A stretch of DNA of 64,000 nucleotides, taken from assembly GCA_036172245.1 (NCBI GenBank), contig JAYWIR010000001.1, positions 992,001-1,056,000 on the forward strand, written 5' to 3'. The DNA comes from Raillietiella orientalis (lineage: Eukaryota). Below are positions 12,301 through 25,204 of the stretch, one piece after another. The stretch's first letter is position 1, and each line of letters begins with the position of its first letter. The notes beneath the pieces were generated by a model. The model had not been told where the DNA came from and did not search any database. It saw only the letters and a program-made list of their open reading frames with translations. Both the position numbers and the translations under genes were made by a program.

Positions 12301-13519
12301 TCCAAGATGTGTTTCAAGATGGATCTGCAGTCCATGAGCTGCCACAGACTTCCTGGAGGACTCTAGCACGTTTGAAAGAACAGTTAATTACCAGCACGGC
12401 ACCGTTGAATCGTCTCTTGGAAGCGTGCAGTTCCAGAGCCCTCATGGCAGCTGCTTGTCATGTCGCAAGCATGTCCGACACACCCTTTGTTTCTGTTTTC
12501 GAATTCAAAGCCAAACTAGAAGGCTCAGTTTAACTGCTGGACGGTTCTTCCGAGCATCGAATTCTTCAAGGTACTCAAGAGTGCTTTGGGTTCGAGCACG
12601 GAAGCCGAATGAGCAGTTCGTCTTAAGAGTGCGAAGACCCGCTCTTTACCGGAAGGAGATAGGGAGTGGGAGAGGAAAGGCGCCAAGGGAACCTGCCTAT
12701 CACGACCTCGGAATTTGCCGAGGTGAACCGTGCCGTTCTCTTCCCCACGCGAGCTCAGGGATGCAGGCTGGGAGGTGCGCACACCCGTCTCTGGGGTTCT
12801 TGGAAACTCCGTTCGGGATGACGGGTGCCTGAAAGGATTCGGCTCTTTGAAGCTGATTTTCCTGGACCGACGTTTACAGTAGGAACCGATGAGAAAGGCG
12901 GTCCCGGGCGCTCCGAGTGCATTGAGCGGTTCCGAGAGCAAAGTCGGCCGCGCTTCTCGCTCGCGGGGTCAGGCCGGATGCGCACGCGCAGCGTTCTTAG
13001 GCAGCCGAATGAAGGTTCCATAGAACCCATCCCCCCCCCCCTTCCCCCAAAAAGCTCATCTGAGGCAAAACTGGCAAAAGAAACTTGCAATCGGCACGCA
13101 ATTTATGGCCAACAGCACTGTTGGTGGTCTGCATGAATCCTTCTGGGTGGATGGCGTCTTCGCAGTGCTGAAAGAAGGAACCTCTTTCCGCTTGCGCATA
13201 CTGGGGCCGGAAGCAAAGAAACAGAGGGTCCCGGAGAGAGCACTCCGGATGCTTCCTTTGGACACGGCGCAAATCAAGCACGGCTGCCTTCGTCATCTCT
13301 CCTCATCCACGCGAACTAGGTTCTCGAACGTCTCTTCAGAGGAACCTCGCGATTGGAGCGTCTTTCCTTCTTCGCTTTTTCTGATCTTCAGCTTGGCAGC
13401 TGGAGAGGGAGGAAGGAAGAGGGAGAAAAGTCTTCGTGCTCGACTCCAGTGTGCATACCAGTGCAGTCCAGGAGACCCGCAGTGGAAGCAGAGCCATCAA
13501 AAACATACCAAGGGGAGAG

Positions 13520-14185
13520 GCACTGACGCCATGCGGCTGCAGCCTCCGCACGTAGCTCCGGGAGTCGTGGGTTCGAATCCCACTCCGCAGGATGATTCTG
13601 GTTCGGGTGAGACACTGGATGAAACAGGAAGCCGTATGCCGCTGTCGACTGGCCGGAATTGGAAGTTGACCCTCTGAAGTCCCTACAGAAATCAAGGAGC
13701 CCTTCGGGGTTTCCTCCGGTTATGAGGATGGAGCTGGTTGGTACCCTTCTTGGGGCCTTGCCTCTCCAGTGTTAAGGATCTTGCTGCCACTTCCAGAGTT
13801 CTCTTCAGAGGGATAATCCAGGAGCAGATGCTTTCCGGGTTCTCTCTGTAGAAGAAATTCCGGGAGCAGATGCTTTTTGGGTTCCTATCGGAGAAGAAAC
13901 AAGGAGTGGCCCCCTCCGTGGGTCCCTCCAGAGAGAATGAGGAAGAGATTCCTTTGGAGACAACCCGGGAGAGAGCTTCTCTTCTGGGTTGCCTCCCTAG
14001 AGTAAAAGGAGCGTACTACCCTTCCTCCGGAACCTTCCTGGATGCATAGGATGGTCCCTCCGGTCTCAACCCCTAAACTGAAGGGTTTCGAGCACCTTTG
14101 GGGGGCGTGGACAATGCCTCAAGAGCTTCGTGATCCCCCCCCGACGAGACGAGCGGTTCTTTAGCACTTGGCGAACCAAAAAGAC
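13520..14185 (+). mobile_element. tRNA-derived SINE-like repeat, copy 3
   Basis: GTCGTGGGTTCGAATCCC at ~13564-13581; body and tail ..AAGAGCTTCGTGA..CGGTTCTTTAGCACTTGGCGAACCAAAAA. Confidence 0.85.
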
Positions 14186-15914
14186 TTCAAAAGAGCCATA
14201 AGCGCGCAAGTGCCATGTTTGGATGAGGAGGGCCCCCCGTTTCCGATGAGAGGCCAAAATTCCCAGTCAGAGATGAAGAATAGGGGCTAGGGAGGGGAGG
14301 AAGGAGTGAAAATTGCCTGTAGGGCCATGGAAGAAGCAAACCGAACGAAACCTGCAGCTAACTGACAGAGAATGCAGCGGGCACAAGAGAAGAGACGAGA
14401 CGAGATTCCCGCGAGACTAGCTAATTGCATCCGATTGCTGCTGCAGCTCCGCGAATCGGCAGGCTGGATTTTTCTCGACGGGAAGAGGAACGAACCCCAC
14501 TCTTGGGAAAAGGGAAGGCATGTAGGAAAACGGGACGCGCTTGCAGCATGACAAGCAGCTGCCACGGGGGCTCTGAAACCGCACGCTTCCGAGAGGCGAC
14601 TTCGATGGTGCTTGGCAATCAACTTGGCGGCTCGAGGCGACTTCTCCCGCCGTGCCGAAGGATTCCAGAAGGCTCCATCGAAAAGCCATCGACGTGGCGC
14701 TTCCACTTTCGCGCGATCACCATTCCCTCCTGAATACGGCCCCCTTTCCACCTCGCACCTCCCATAGAGCAGTGTGCTGAAAGGAATCTCCTCGTCCACT
14801 AGGATCGCCGAGTCAGCGTCTTCACGGGGGATGCTGCCCATTCAGGTGAAATCGTAGAAAACCTCCGCGGAAGAGTTCGCAAGAAGGGAAAGTGGCAGCA
14901 GTGATTTAAGAGCTCAGAAAAAAACGTGTAGGCTGGGATCGCCGTCAACTGCTTTCCTCCTTTTTATTTTTCACTTCCCCGGGACCGATCGATAGGGAAC
15001 CGCCCTCTTCCTTGTTTCGAACGAGAGTCACACCGCGGGGACCGATTTAGCGTGAGCAGGACTTTCGAGAGGAATTCAGGAAGACCCTCGGGTTGCGGAA
15101 GATGTCGAGACCAAGCGAAGTGAACTTCAAGGACGCTCGCTCTTCGTGCATGCCGGAACAAAAGATTTTCGCAGCACCCCCTGAGAAAATCGCAGCCGTG
15201 AAAGACGAAGATTCGACCTTCGGCCTTGCAGTCCTGTGACTCCGTCACCGGGACGCCCGCCCGCTGTCCTCACGAACGAGTGTCCTCATCCTCGCCCCCC
15301 CAACCCCCAGGAATAGAAGGGTCACCTTCAGCAGAATGGGGAAAAGAAGGACGAATCGGGACACTTGGGTTCCAGTTCAGGAGTCCTACTTGAAAGCTCT
15401 GAGCCTTCAGCCGAGCCTCCATGAGAAACCAGCGGCGAGCACGTAACTCCTCTTCTTCCTAAGGAACGCATTTTCCGCGTCTGTCTCGTCTTGACGTACA
15501 TCCTCTTCAGTAGAGAAAGGAGGTCATCCTCCTGTAACAGAACTCCCAAGGATTTGTCTTGAAGGGTAGATGATGAAGGAACCCGTGATGGAGGAACAGA
15601 TTCATCTTACTCGGATGTATCTGCCACCGAAGATGGTTTTGCTACCCATGGCTGGAAGCCTTCACTGCTCTTCTTCCCGGATCTTAGATTCTCCCTCTTT
15701 TTTCAGACCCTTCCACGTCCATCCGCGGGAATCGCGGTCAGGAACACAGTAGGATGGGGCGGTTTAGAAAGGACTCTTGGCGAGGCGACTGGATTCGCCT
15801 GCGACCTGCTTAGGAGGAATGGGTTTCCAGGGCATGCCCCAGTTCCCGTGGTTTCCGTGTCTCGCCGATGTGCTTGTCTCAAAGAAAGTAGGGACCGTAG
15901 CCACGCAGCCGCAC

Positions 15915-16445
15915 GGCCGTCAACGCGGGCCGTGCGGTTACGGCCTCCGCGCGTGGCACCAAGCGTCGCGGGTTCGAATCCCACCCGGGGAGGCATCGAC
16001 GCCGAGAACGAGGGGTGCATCGTGGGATTCCAGTCCCCACGCAAAATGACGCTGGTCAGACTTATAGCCTCCGGGTGCCGCACTGGGGGAAGGCAGAAAC
16101 CCCCAGGTGTCCCCTTTGGCTGGTCAGGGTTGGAAGCTGACTCTCCGGCGTCCTTCCAAGAATCGCGGTGCCTCAGGGTTCTCCTCCGGCAGTGAGTATG
16201 TAGCCGTACCCTCTCCAGAGTGCAAGAAACGAACTGCCTCCTTCGGGAGCCTCTTTGGAGGAGGAAACAAGGAGTAGTTTCCTTCCGAGTTCCCTCCGGA
16301 GATGACCAGGGCGAGGGTTCCCTACCAAGCGTGAGAGGAACAGACTCCTTCCTCCTCAGGAGTCCTTCCTGGATTCATGACGCAGTCCCTCCAGACTAAT
16401 CCCCTATAACTTCAAGAGTTGAACACATACCTCGGGTGGAATGGT
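15915..16445 (+). mobile_element. tRNA-derived SINE-like repeat, copy 4 (3' truncated)
   Basis: CGCGTGGCACCAAGCGTCGCGGGTTCGAATCCC at ~15950-15982; body ends at ..TATAACTTCAAGAG..CCTCGGGTGG. Confidence 0.85.
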
Positions 16446-17921
16446 CGGCGCTCCCTGACCACCTTCCCCCCGAGGCGGCGAACGGTTCCGGGTTGACGAA
16501 GCGGCAAAGAATGTGGCCAGATGCAATTCTGAAACAAAAGAAAAAGGCACGGTGGCGCGGATGACCGCTCGCCATCGTATCTTCTCCACAGCTCTGCCCA
16601 TCCTTGAAAACGCGCGCTCCTGCAATCCCTTCCCATCGTTTCCAGACCCGGATCCACATCCGGATGCGCGTCGCTTTCCGAGTTTGCCCCAGTTCCCGTG
16701 GACGTCGTCGCGCTGCCGAGTGGCGCTCCGCTTCCGATACCCTGAGCACCGTTGAGATGTGGCTCCTGTGCAGGGATGTAGCAACAGAGAGTCTCTTCGC
16801 TGCTGGAGGCAGGAGACTCCTGAAGACAATCACCGGAAGAGAGGGATTCACAGTGGGGATTTAGGGCTCTTCATTTCCCTTCTACCTCCATCAAAATAAC
16901 GTAATGACAAATCACGCTGGATTTTATCCCTGGGTGCTGCTGAGCCGTCCACTGTATCTCAACCACAGTCGCACGCGCATGTGTACCACATGAAAGAGTA
17001 TTAGGTGTGTACGAGATGTGTCATTACATCTACCGTATGAATGTGCGTGTCCGCATACACGCAGGCAGTCGTGTGGGGAGATCTACAATGGAAAAGCAGG
17101 AACTTCTTGGCAACACTTACCCCTTAATATGCTGTAGGGAAAGGAAAGATGGGATAAAGAGAAGCGGCAATAAATAGATGAGGAAAAAATGGGAGTGCTC
17201 CTTTGGCATGATGCGCCGGTGGCAGAGGATCCCAAAGCGTGCCGGCAGGGTGTGAACACATGCAAACCTGGAACTTTTTTTACGCTGATTCCGTCTCTTT
17301 TGCTTTCGAGGATTCGTCGCCAATAGTGAGGGTTCCTCCGCGTCCTTTGGGCGGGAAGAGAACTGCGCCGCGAAGAGACATAGAAAAAGACAGTTCGCCT
17401 GTTTGTTTGTGGATCTGTTGACGCCTAAAGGGCGCGAAAACGTGACTGGATTGTGCGCGGAAGTTTCTCGTTCCGTCGCGCTGCAGCCCGCTAGTGTATG
17501 ACTGTCGTCTTCCAAAAAAAATGTCCTGTAAGTTGGCTTTAATCGCAAGGATCTTCAGCGCAGGTTGCATTTGCATTTAGTTTCGCATTTTGGGGAGGGG
17601 GACAGTGTCCAAGGAGCATGCAGGTTTGCAATGGAAGGCTGCATCGAGGCACATAGGCCACGAGGCTCCAGTAGTCTTTCATCATGTTTGACTACCATCA
17701 ACACTCCACCACGCCTCCTATGCCTTGATGATTATCACCCTGTTATGCCGGGGCATTTATTACATAAAGTAATAAAAATACATCGGTATGGTAGAACCAC
17801 GTGCGATGATGAACCTTCCGAATGCCGGTTCGCAGACCGGCGAGGTCCGCTTTGGCATCGTGGGGGACCTATGTCTTTACGATGGAATTTCGTGCTCTGC
17901 TTTCGCTACTTTCCTCCAAGC

Positions 17922-18700
17922 TTTTTTCTTTTTTTTTGATTTGCCAAGTGCTGAAGATTCGTTTGCCTCCTTAGGTGGCTCAACGAAGCTCTTTAACGCT
18001 GTTCACGTCACTCGAGGGTGCGCGTAACTCTTCAAGTTATAGGGGTAACTCCGTAAGGAGTTGAATGAATCAAGGAGTTGAATCAACCATCCTATGAATC
18101 AAGGAAGGCTGCGGAGGGAGTCGCTTCCTTTTACTCTTGAGAGGAAACCCCGAAGGGAACCTCTTCCTTGTTCTCTCCGGAGGGATCCTCGGAGGGGGCC
18201 ATTCCTCGTTTTTTTTTCACTGAAGGGAACCCGGAAAGGATCTGCGCTCTTGAATTTCTTCTCCGGAAGGAACCCACCCACAAGGGAACCGCTTCTTGTT
18301 TATTCCTCTGAAGAGGTCCCCAAAGAAACACTTCCAAGTTTCTCTGAAGGGCGCTCCCCAAGAGAGAAGAAGCACACTTCTTACACTCGGAAGAGACAAC
18401 CCCCCGAGGAGATTATTAACCGGCTCCGTGGTACGGCTCCATCCTCACAACCGGAGGGGAACCCCGAAGGGCTCCTTGATACCTGGAAGGATCCCAGAGG
18501 GTTGACTTCCAAACCCGACCAGTCAGAGAAGGCATTCGGCTTCCTCCAGTTCCACACCCGAAGCCAATCCTGCGGAGGGGAGGAGAATCAGAACCCACGA
18601 CACACACTCCGTTCTTGGCATCGGTGACTCCCTGGGCCGGATTTGAACCCACGACGCTCGGTGCCACACGCAGATGCAGCAGACACACACTTGCCGCAAA
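17922..18700 (-). mobile_element. tRNA-derived SINE-like repeat, copy 5
   Basis: Reverse head GTGGCACCGAGCGTCGTGGGTTCAAATCC (~18638-18668), full body, tail ..CTTCAGCACTTGGCAAATC + poly(A). Confidence 0.87.
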
Positions 18701-19439
18701 CACGCAGTCAGCATCGCGAAGACTTCAAATGTTTTCCCAGTGCACGACTAAGATCGGGCAAGCAGAACCCCTCGGGAGTCTTACAGGGTGCAAGAAACGC
18801 AACTTGCTGAATTGCTCTCGTCATGATCGGTCACGAATTCCGTTGTCAGAACGAATTTCGATCTCCGGCGGCGAGGACTAGTCCAGGGCGCCTCTCACCT
18901 GCGAGTTCGCCGAGAGGACTCCTCTCTGAGGGACCCCTGAAGGCAGCATTCCGAGATACTATTTTTTTTCTCTCTCTTTCTCTCTTTTTCTTCAGCATCT
19001 TATTAACTGTTATCTTATTAACTAGTCCTTTCAGAAGATGCGCATGTGGTAGGCGAATAAGCCGTCCCCATCCCGCTTTGCAAGAGACGCAGCCTCCTCG
19101 CCTGTTGATGAGTTCGCTTGTGTCTGGATAAAAGAAACTGTGTGGGAGCGGAGTGGGAACGGACAGCACCTACTGTTGATAGGTTCCGTTCGCGTTTCGG
19201 CAGCCTCCGTTCCCCTTAGGAGCACGTTCGATACACGGGTCTCAGCTTCGCGCGGTCTCACAGAGAACAGAACGAAGAGCAATCGTGACCACAGCGGTAG
19301 TCTTAGACAGGTTTACGTAGGAGCAGCCAACCATATCAACAGCTGAGATTTTGCTGCCGCGACTGCGACAGGAATATCAATCACGCCAGCTTCTTTGAGA
19401 CAGTGGAGACTGAGCTCAGCCAGGCCGGGTTGCTACTCA

Positions 19440-20390
19440 GTCATCCAGAGAGATAGCCTTCAGGAAGCAGAGTGCTCGGGTGCGCACTTTTCCCTGTTGC
19501 GTCCTGCAGCGAAGACTGCCAGGCGATTTTCTGGAGCGCACTCGTGGTCACTCCTTCTCGCGATGAGAGACTTCTGCAGACACGAGATCGGATCTTCGGC
19601 TTAGAGGGAGGCAGCTCACGTCAGGAGTTCCGCACGGAACCATTTCCGACCTCTTCCGATGACGAGATAATTAAACATGGCGTTGTCAAAGAAACCAATT
19701 CGGAAGGAACAGTTGCCTTTGAAGATATCGAGCGGGCGTCGCCAGAGGCGCGTTTCAGAGGATGGTTTCCCGGTAAGGAGAGAATTTCGCTTCGCAGATT
19801 CACTGGCTTCGCACCACATCTCTTTCTTTCACTGGAAGAGCTGCTTGAATCACTCTTACAATGGCTCCCTGAGTTGCCGAAGAGCTCGCTGCCCGTAGAA
19901 AAAATCCTTGTTGCTTTTCACATTGCTAACTCCCTTACTCCCGGCAACTTATGCTCCCCTGATCGGGAGACGTTCAGGAGACGCAAAATAAAGGTTCTCC
20001 CACATACGATTTTCCGGCTCCATCCGTGGCTCGCTCTTCTTCCCTTCTGGAACTGTCCTCGAAACGAGTCATGAAATTTATCATTCGAGCAGCTCGATTC
20101 CAGAGCAAATAAGTTTCTTATTACGGAACTCCGGGATCAGGGAACCACCTTTTCACGTCAGGTACCCCAGTTGTACCTCGAGAATATGCTGCCTTAGATC
20201 TTCTTTCAGTCTACGCTCTCACAGGGAGGCTATCGGGTGACGCAGGCTGCTGGTACGCCGGTCGCACGCTCTCTGTGAGACAACTCGTTAGCGGTTTCCT
20301 GGAGCCGTGTGATGCCGGGAAAGACCAGTTGGTTTTGGCAGATCCCAAATACATATCCAGATAGTTAGCACTCTTAGCAAAATCACACTC
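19440..20390 (+). pseudogene. Leucine-rich-repeat protein remnant (Oplophorus luciferase 35-kDa subunit-like family)
   Basis: VVKETNSEGTVAFEDI..FPGKERI..LFLSLEELLESLLQWLPEL..SL..KI..IANSL..KIKVLPHTIFRLHPWL..WNC, then TLSQGG..GTPV..W C-cap-like segment; multiple stops and frameshifts. Confidence 0.45.
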
Positions 20391-21399
20391 GTGTTACACT
20401 TCGGAACTTCCTCTCGAGCCGAGGAAACCACTGTTACAAGCTTCAGCCGTCGCGCAAGCAGAACGCTGTTGTTTGCACGTTGCCATGGTATTTTTTTTTG
20501 TTTGTGGCGCCCCCGGAAAGGAGCGCTCAGAGCCGGAACTACGAAGGTGGACGTTGTCGCTCTCCTGACATACCACGTGGATGCATGCAGGATTTCGAAC
20601 GGCATTTTTGACCATGAAAAGGTCGAGCACGTATAGGATTGAGTGGTCGAAACGATCGATGAATCGGACCGCATTTTTCCCGAGATGATTTTTCTTCCTC
20701 TGCCAGCCCGTACGGTTTGTGGTTGGCTCCTAATGCGTAGAAGCGGTTTTCCGAAGATTTCGTTACTTCCTTGGGGAAGAAAGGGAAGTTGAAGAACCAT
20801 GACCCTTGCTTGTCCCTGAGAGCTTGAAACTGTGCCTTGCCTCCCGCATGAGGGTGCTCGTGTAAAGTCAGTAAGATGGCAGGTGAACAATGCAGCAGCA
20901 GGGTTCACAGTGAGAAGATGCAGAATCCAGAAAGAAACGTGAGATGAAAGCAGAAGTTTTCGCTTCGACAATCGAAGAGAGAGAGAGAAAATAGGGTACG
21001 ATTTCAATCGCTCAAATTCCTAAGGGAGACGAAATCAGTTCGTCTTCCTTGGTATCAAAACGCAACCCGGTCTATCTGTATCCACTGCTCGATGATAATT
21101 AGTCACATACCTATTCCCTTCAGTGCTGCTACCAACACGATCGGTAGATCCATAGGTACGCCGCTTCCGTGAGCTATTCTTTCCCTAGGAGAGAAAATCG
21201 ATGCATTGCCCTGACACCTCTGCCAACAACCCGTCATCCTAGATAAACCAAAAATCACATCGACGAAGGTTCGAGGATCGACCGAAGCAATTTGATGCCC
21301 ATTTCACTGGGTTGAACTACGGACTCGATTGAACTGACAGAGCCGAACTGAGAGTTTTGGTTTTCTTACCAAAGACTTTCTTATCCCGGGCTGAGCACG

Positions 21400-22100
21400 C
21401 TGCTTCGCTTCGTAGGAGAGTGGACAAACAAAAACGGGGGCGGAGGGGCCGATAACTGTCGTTCCATCTTACGTACAGGACGCACGTGAGGTCCCGAATT
21501 AAGCTGATGCAGTTCATCTCATTCGTTGCTCTCGTGCTTGTAGAAGCAGTCGGTTGCATCAGTAGCTCAGGTATTTCTCGTTCTTAACCTCGCTGGAACC
21601 ATCAAATCCATTCTTCTACCAAAACCAGTATCACCCGTTAGGATAGCTCCTTCCAGATTCGTCCCTCTAAAGATTTTGTGTCTTACAAAGCAGATTGCGC
21701 TCGGAGGTGTCCTACACAATGTGAAATCTCTGTCACCTTTCATGACCATGAATTGGCTATCCCTATTACCATTACATATTCATTTTTTTTCTTAGTGTCT
21801 TCGTAGTGTCGTTCACGCAACCAACTCTTCCTTATTCACCTGCGGTCTTCAACAGACAAAAAGATCGTGATAAACTCGATGTTCCTTGGATTCCATCTTT
21901 CCACTCCCGTCCTCTTCTTCGAATACTAGCCACTGTCACCCCTGTTATCTTCATTTCGATCCCTCAACGAGCATCCTCATTACTAGACAATGCCCTCTTC
22001 GTACAGATAAAAAGCACTTGCTAGGAACATTCAGCTTCGGAATTGGCATCAACCTAAAACGCCAACTCTACTCGCATTTCATCATGATTTTCACCTCCCT
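21400..22100 (-). mobile_element. Degenerate PIF/Harbinger-like DDE transposase remnant
   Basis: AILTGDTGFGRRMDLMVP (cf. LLGDSGY....LMTP), followed after a frameshift by STSTRATNEMN..LTCVL (cf. H..TR..VE..FG.LK.RF.CL). Locally AT-richer. No TIRs identified. Confidence 0.45.
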
Positions 22101-24019
22101 ATTCGTATAGCCATCAGGTCAGTGATGTGAATTCCTTATTCCCCATAGTCCCTAACCCATTAGTCATTTCTTCATTCGCGGCTATTGGTCTGCAGTTATC
22201 ACCTCACCGTCCACCCCAAAATCTTGCGCGTAGCATTCCCTGAGACGTTGGTCTCCAAAATTCTTCTTCCACCTCTGGCTTCCTGAAACTGGTAGAGCAG
22301 AGCAGTTGACCCTAAGGACTGTTGTAACCTCTACGGCTCACTGCCAGTGGCACTACCAGCCACACCACTGTCGACAAACCAGAAAAGAAGACACTCGCAA
22401 GCCCGTTCTCGCCCTACGATCGCAGCGATCTTCTCGGGAAACGGGCAGTGTGTCTTCAATCCTCCTGTTGCCAGATGCTGATAAGGTGTAGGCGTGTACG
22501 TAAAGATTTCTGCGGATTCTTGCCAGGGAGTCGGTGGTGATGCGTGTTCGACCTCGCGGCCGCTGTAGGGCGTCCGACCTACTCTTTGCGTCGCTCCCCA
22601 ACACGTGCTTATCCGGTGAGCGTCTTTGGTCTCCCAGGTGACGCGGCAAACGAGCGCTGTTCTAGAGGAGTCTTGCGTGGAGGCGGAAGGGAGACGCTAA
22701 CGTCTGCTGAGGTGGGATGTGTTCTGTCCGATCCGCGTTTTCCTTTTTCTCGCGAGCTTCCGCGGCCGCTTACGGCGTGCAAAGCGTATCCCTCCCCCCT
22801 CCTCTCCGTGAGACTTCCAGCCACGTGACAGACAAGGAAACAATGGGATGAAGGAAGCAGATTGGCTCCGCCTTTTCTCCTGCCATCCTTCGCTTTCCCT
22901 CTTTCCTCCGATCCTCCGCCTGTTTTCTCGAACCAGAGCGACCACCTCCATCTGCACCCCAGTTGAGCGAGTTGCGAGTGAGACCCGTGGCCGTGTCTCT
23001 CGAAGGGTCTTTGTCTGAGCTGCCGACGGCGGCTCAGTTTTCCACCTCCCGTCCCACGTCCCCTGACCGCCTTGTCAATGTCATTTCGCTCGCAGCAGCG
23101 AGGAGCTTAGAGGATTCTGAAGCGAATCCTCTGAGCTTCTCGCTGCTGCCATTGCCCTCCCACTGAATAGGTGACCAAGTTTTTTGTTTGACAGACTTTG
23201 AAGGTCTCTCCGCTGAAGCCTGGACATAGGTAACGGGTCATTCCTCAACGACCTTTACGGTAGAGGACGCTCAGCAAAAAAGACGCAGAAGGAAGAAGGC
23301 TCGTGCGGACGTCAGCCTTCATATTTCGCGTCCACTCGTGAAGTACCCAGGAGCGACGTTCGTCTCCTCCTTCGACGTTCTCGGGGTTGCTTTCATGCAG
23401 GTCGCGAGCTTCGGTCTCTTTGGCGAGAGCGCAAAGCACCGCCGACTTTCGCGCCTTGGTAACCAGAGTCCCTGTGGCCATCCTCGCACATCCAGAGGAG
23501 CGTTTTCCGAGCGGGGCTAGTTGACTTCTGGGTGGACGCGCCATGGAAGAGAACCTCCAAATGGGACAGCTGCAAGAAGTGGGACGAAAGAGTTTCCGGC
23601 AGAGAGGTGGGATCGATCCACATGCGTGGAACATTCATATGGAACGGTCGTTCACACTAATCTCGCCTCGAAGGCGGGAGAAAGGGTTTTTAGGCAACGG
23701 ACCGGATCAGCGGAAAGTGGAACAAATGATAGCGGAGGATAGCGGCAATCGGAGGTTCAGCATGGGCGGTTTTCCTGTTGAGCAGAAGATGGCGGGAGAA
23801 CAAAAGGCTTCGCGGATAGCTTCTTCGCCGTTTTAGATCGCTGGGCGCGAACAGCTTACAAGAAGCGGAAGGCGCACTTATGAAGTGCGCAGGGAAAGAT
23901 GGAAGGTGCGAACACCATGTCATTTTGTAGGGACTGCTAAGCTCAGAAAGGCCTTCCACTTATGGGAAAATCAATGTAGAAGAGGAGGGTTATATGAAGG
24001 AGTAGCTCGTCCTGACAAG

Positions 24020-24570
24020 CTGACTGCTTCCGGTTGACACTCGGGAGACAACCTTGAAAAGCGCTCAGGGCACGAAGAGATGACGCGAAAATTCGTCCAG
24101 AGTCTTGGCTGACAGGAACGGGATGGGTCTGCAGGAGGCGACTTTCAAAACGGCAGCAGTCCTCATGGACAAGGAAACCGAAGAGGATTCCCGAACGGGG
24201 AAAATCAGCATCCCTCTTTCGGAAATAAGAGAGCCTGCTCCGAAGGATGCGCAAGCGCCGAACGTCGTCTCTGCAACGTGGAGGATTCGGCCATCTTCAG
24301 CGTGGACTCCAAGGTGGGTAACCAAAGTAGAACGGCAGACGGGAGAAATCCAAACACCTTCGAAAGAAATATCAGCGCCTCATTTTGCTGCCTGGCCCCA
24401 ACGGTCCCGAAGGATGACTTTGACGTGACCATCTGCCACACTATTTCGCGGATGGGTTGCGAAGGATCGACCTGAGCGAAAATCACCTAGGAAATGCTTC
24501 TGCAGCCATCCAGCAGGAGTCATCAAAGTGACCGAATAACAGCCGGCACGTTGAATCCCAACGCACCTTC
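24020..24570 (-). pseudogene. Rho/Rac-family small GTPase remnant
   Basis: HFLGDF..F..VADGHVKVILRDRWGQ..SF.G..I..VC.S aligns with Rho F.E.Y..VF..VDG..V.L.LWDTAGQ..SY..C.S. Another frame gives PVSQDSGRIFASSLRALSAFQGC (cf. PV..EEG..MA..IGA..Y.EC). Confidence 0.5.
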
Positions 24571-25204
24571 CCCCTCAGCATTCTGGAAGCTCCCAACAGG
24601 AGTCTCTGTAGACCAACGGTCTCTCGACCTGGTCGGCAGGGACTCGGTCCGCCTCCATGCGTTCTCGAGGGTAATCTGTTGCTGTGAGGAAGACCAGCCT
24701 CTGCAAGAATGGTGCAAAAAACCTATCAAGTGAGATTCAGGAAGACAACAGCTGACTCCGCGAAAGGGAGGACGCTTCGGAAACCACGCCTCCTTCTCCT
24801 GGCCACGAGCGAGGCGCCCCGAAACCGTGTCGACGTTTACCACGGTGCCCTCAGTCCTGTTTGCGCTCGGGGGAAGCGATGAGCGACGTGAAGCACGAGA
24901 GGAGACTCACGAACGAGACCGCGAGTCTCTCTCGAGATTGCCGGGACCCCTCCGTGTGGTTAGTGAGGAGCATCTCGAACTCTGCCTGCTTCCGTGCGCC
25001 CGGATAAGGAGCTGCGCATAAGAAACGGCGCTCCAGAGCCCTGTCTTCTGTACAGGTTCCCACCCGGCCGCTCGTGGGTCATCCTAAGGATGACAAAACG
25101 CGAAGCAACTCCGGTGATAGAACTCCTTGCAGCTTCCCCTTCCGAGGATCAATCCCCTAAAAGGTTCAGGTGCACGTTGCGCGTGCTGTTGTGTGCGCAG
25201 GAGC

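Noticed and set aside
13540-13600. GGTTCGAATCCC motifs as tRNA genes (also ~3030, 15970, 25265, 30358, 62496)
   Set aside because: No intact cloverleaf; all but 30358 are heads of the same dispersed SINE body, and 30358 is an isolated short match.
23900-24760. Mab-21/cGAS-like pseudogene
   Set aside because: Only vague resemblance; the same sequence is better explained by Rho GTPase motifs.
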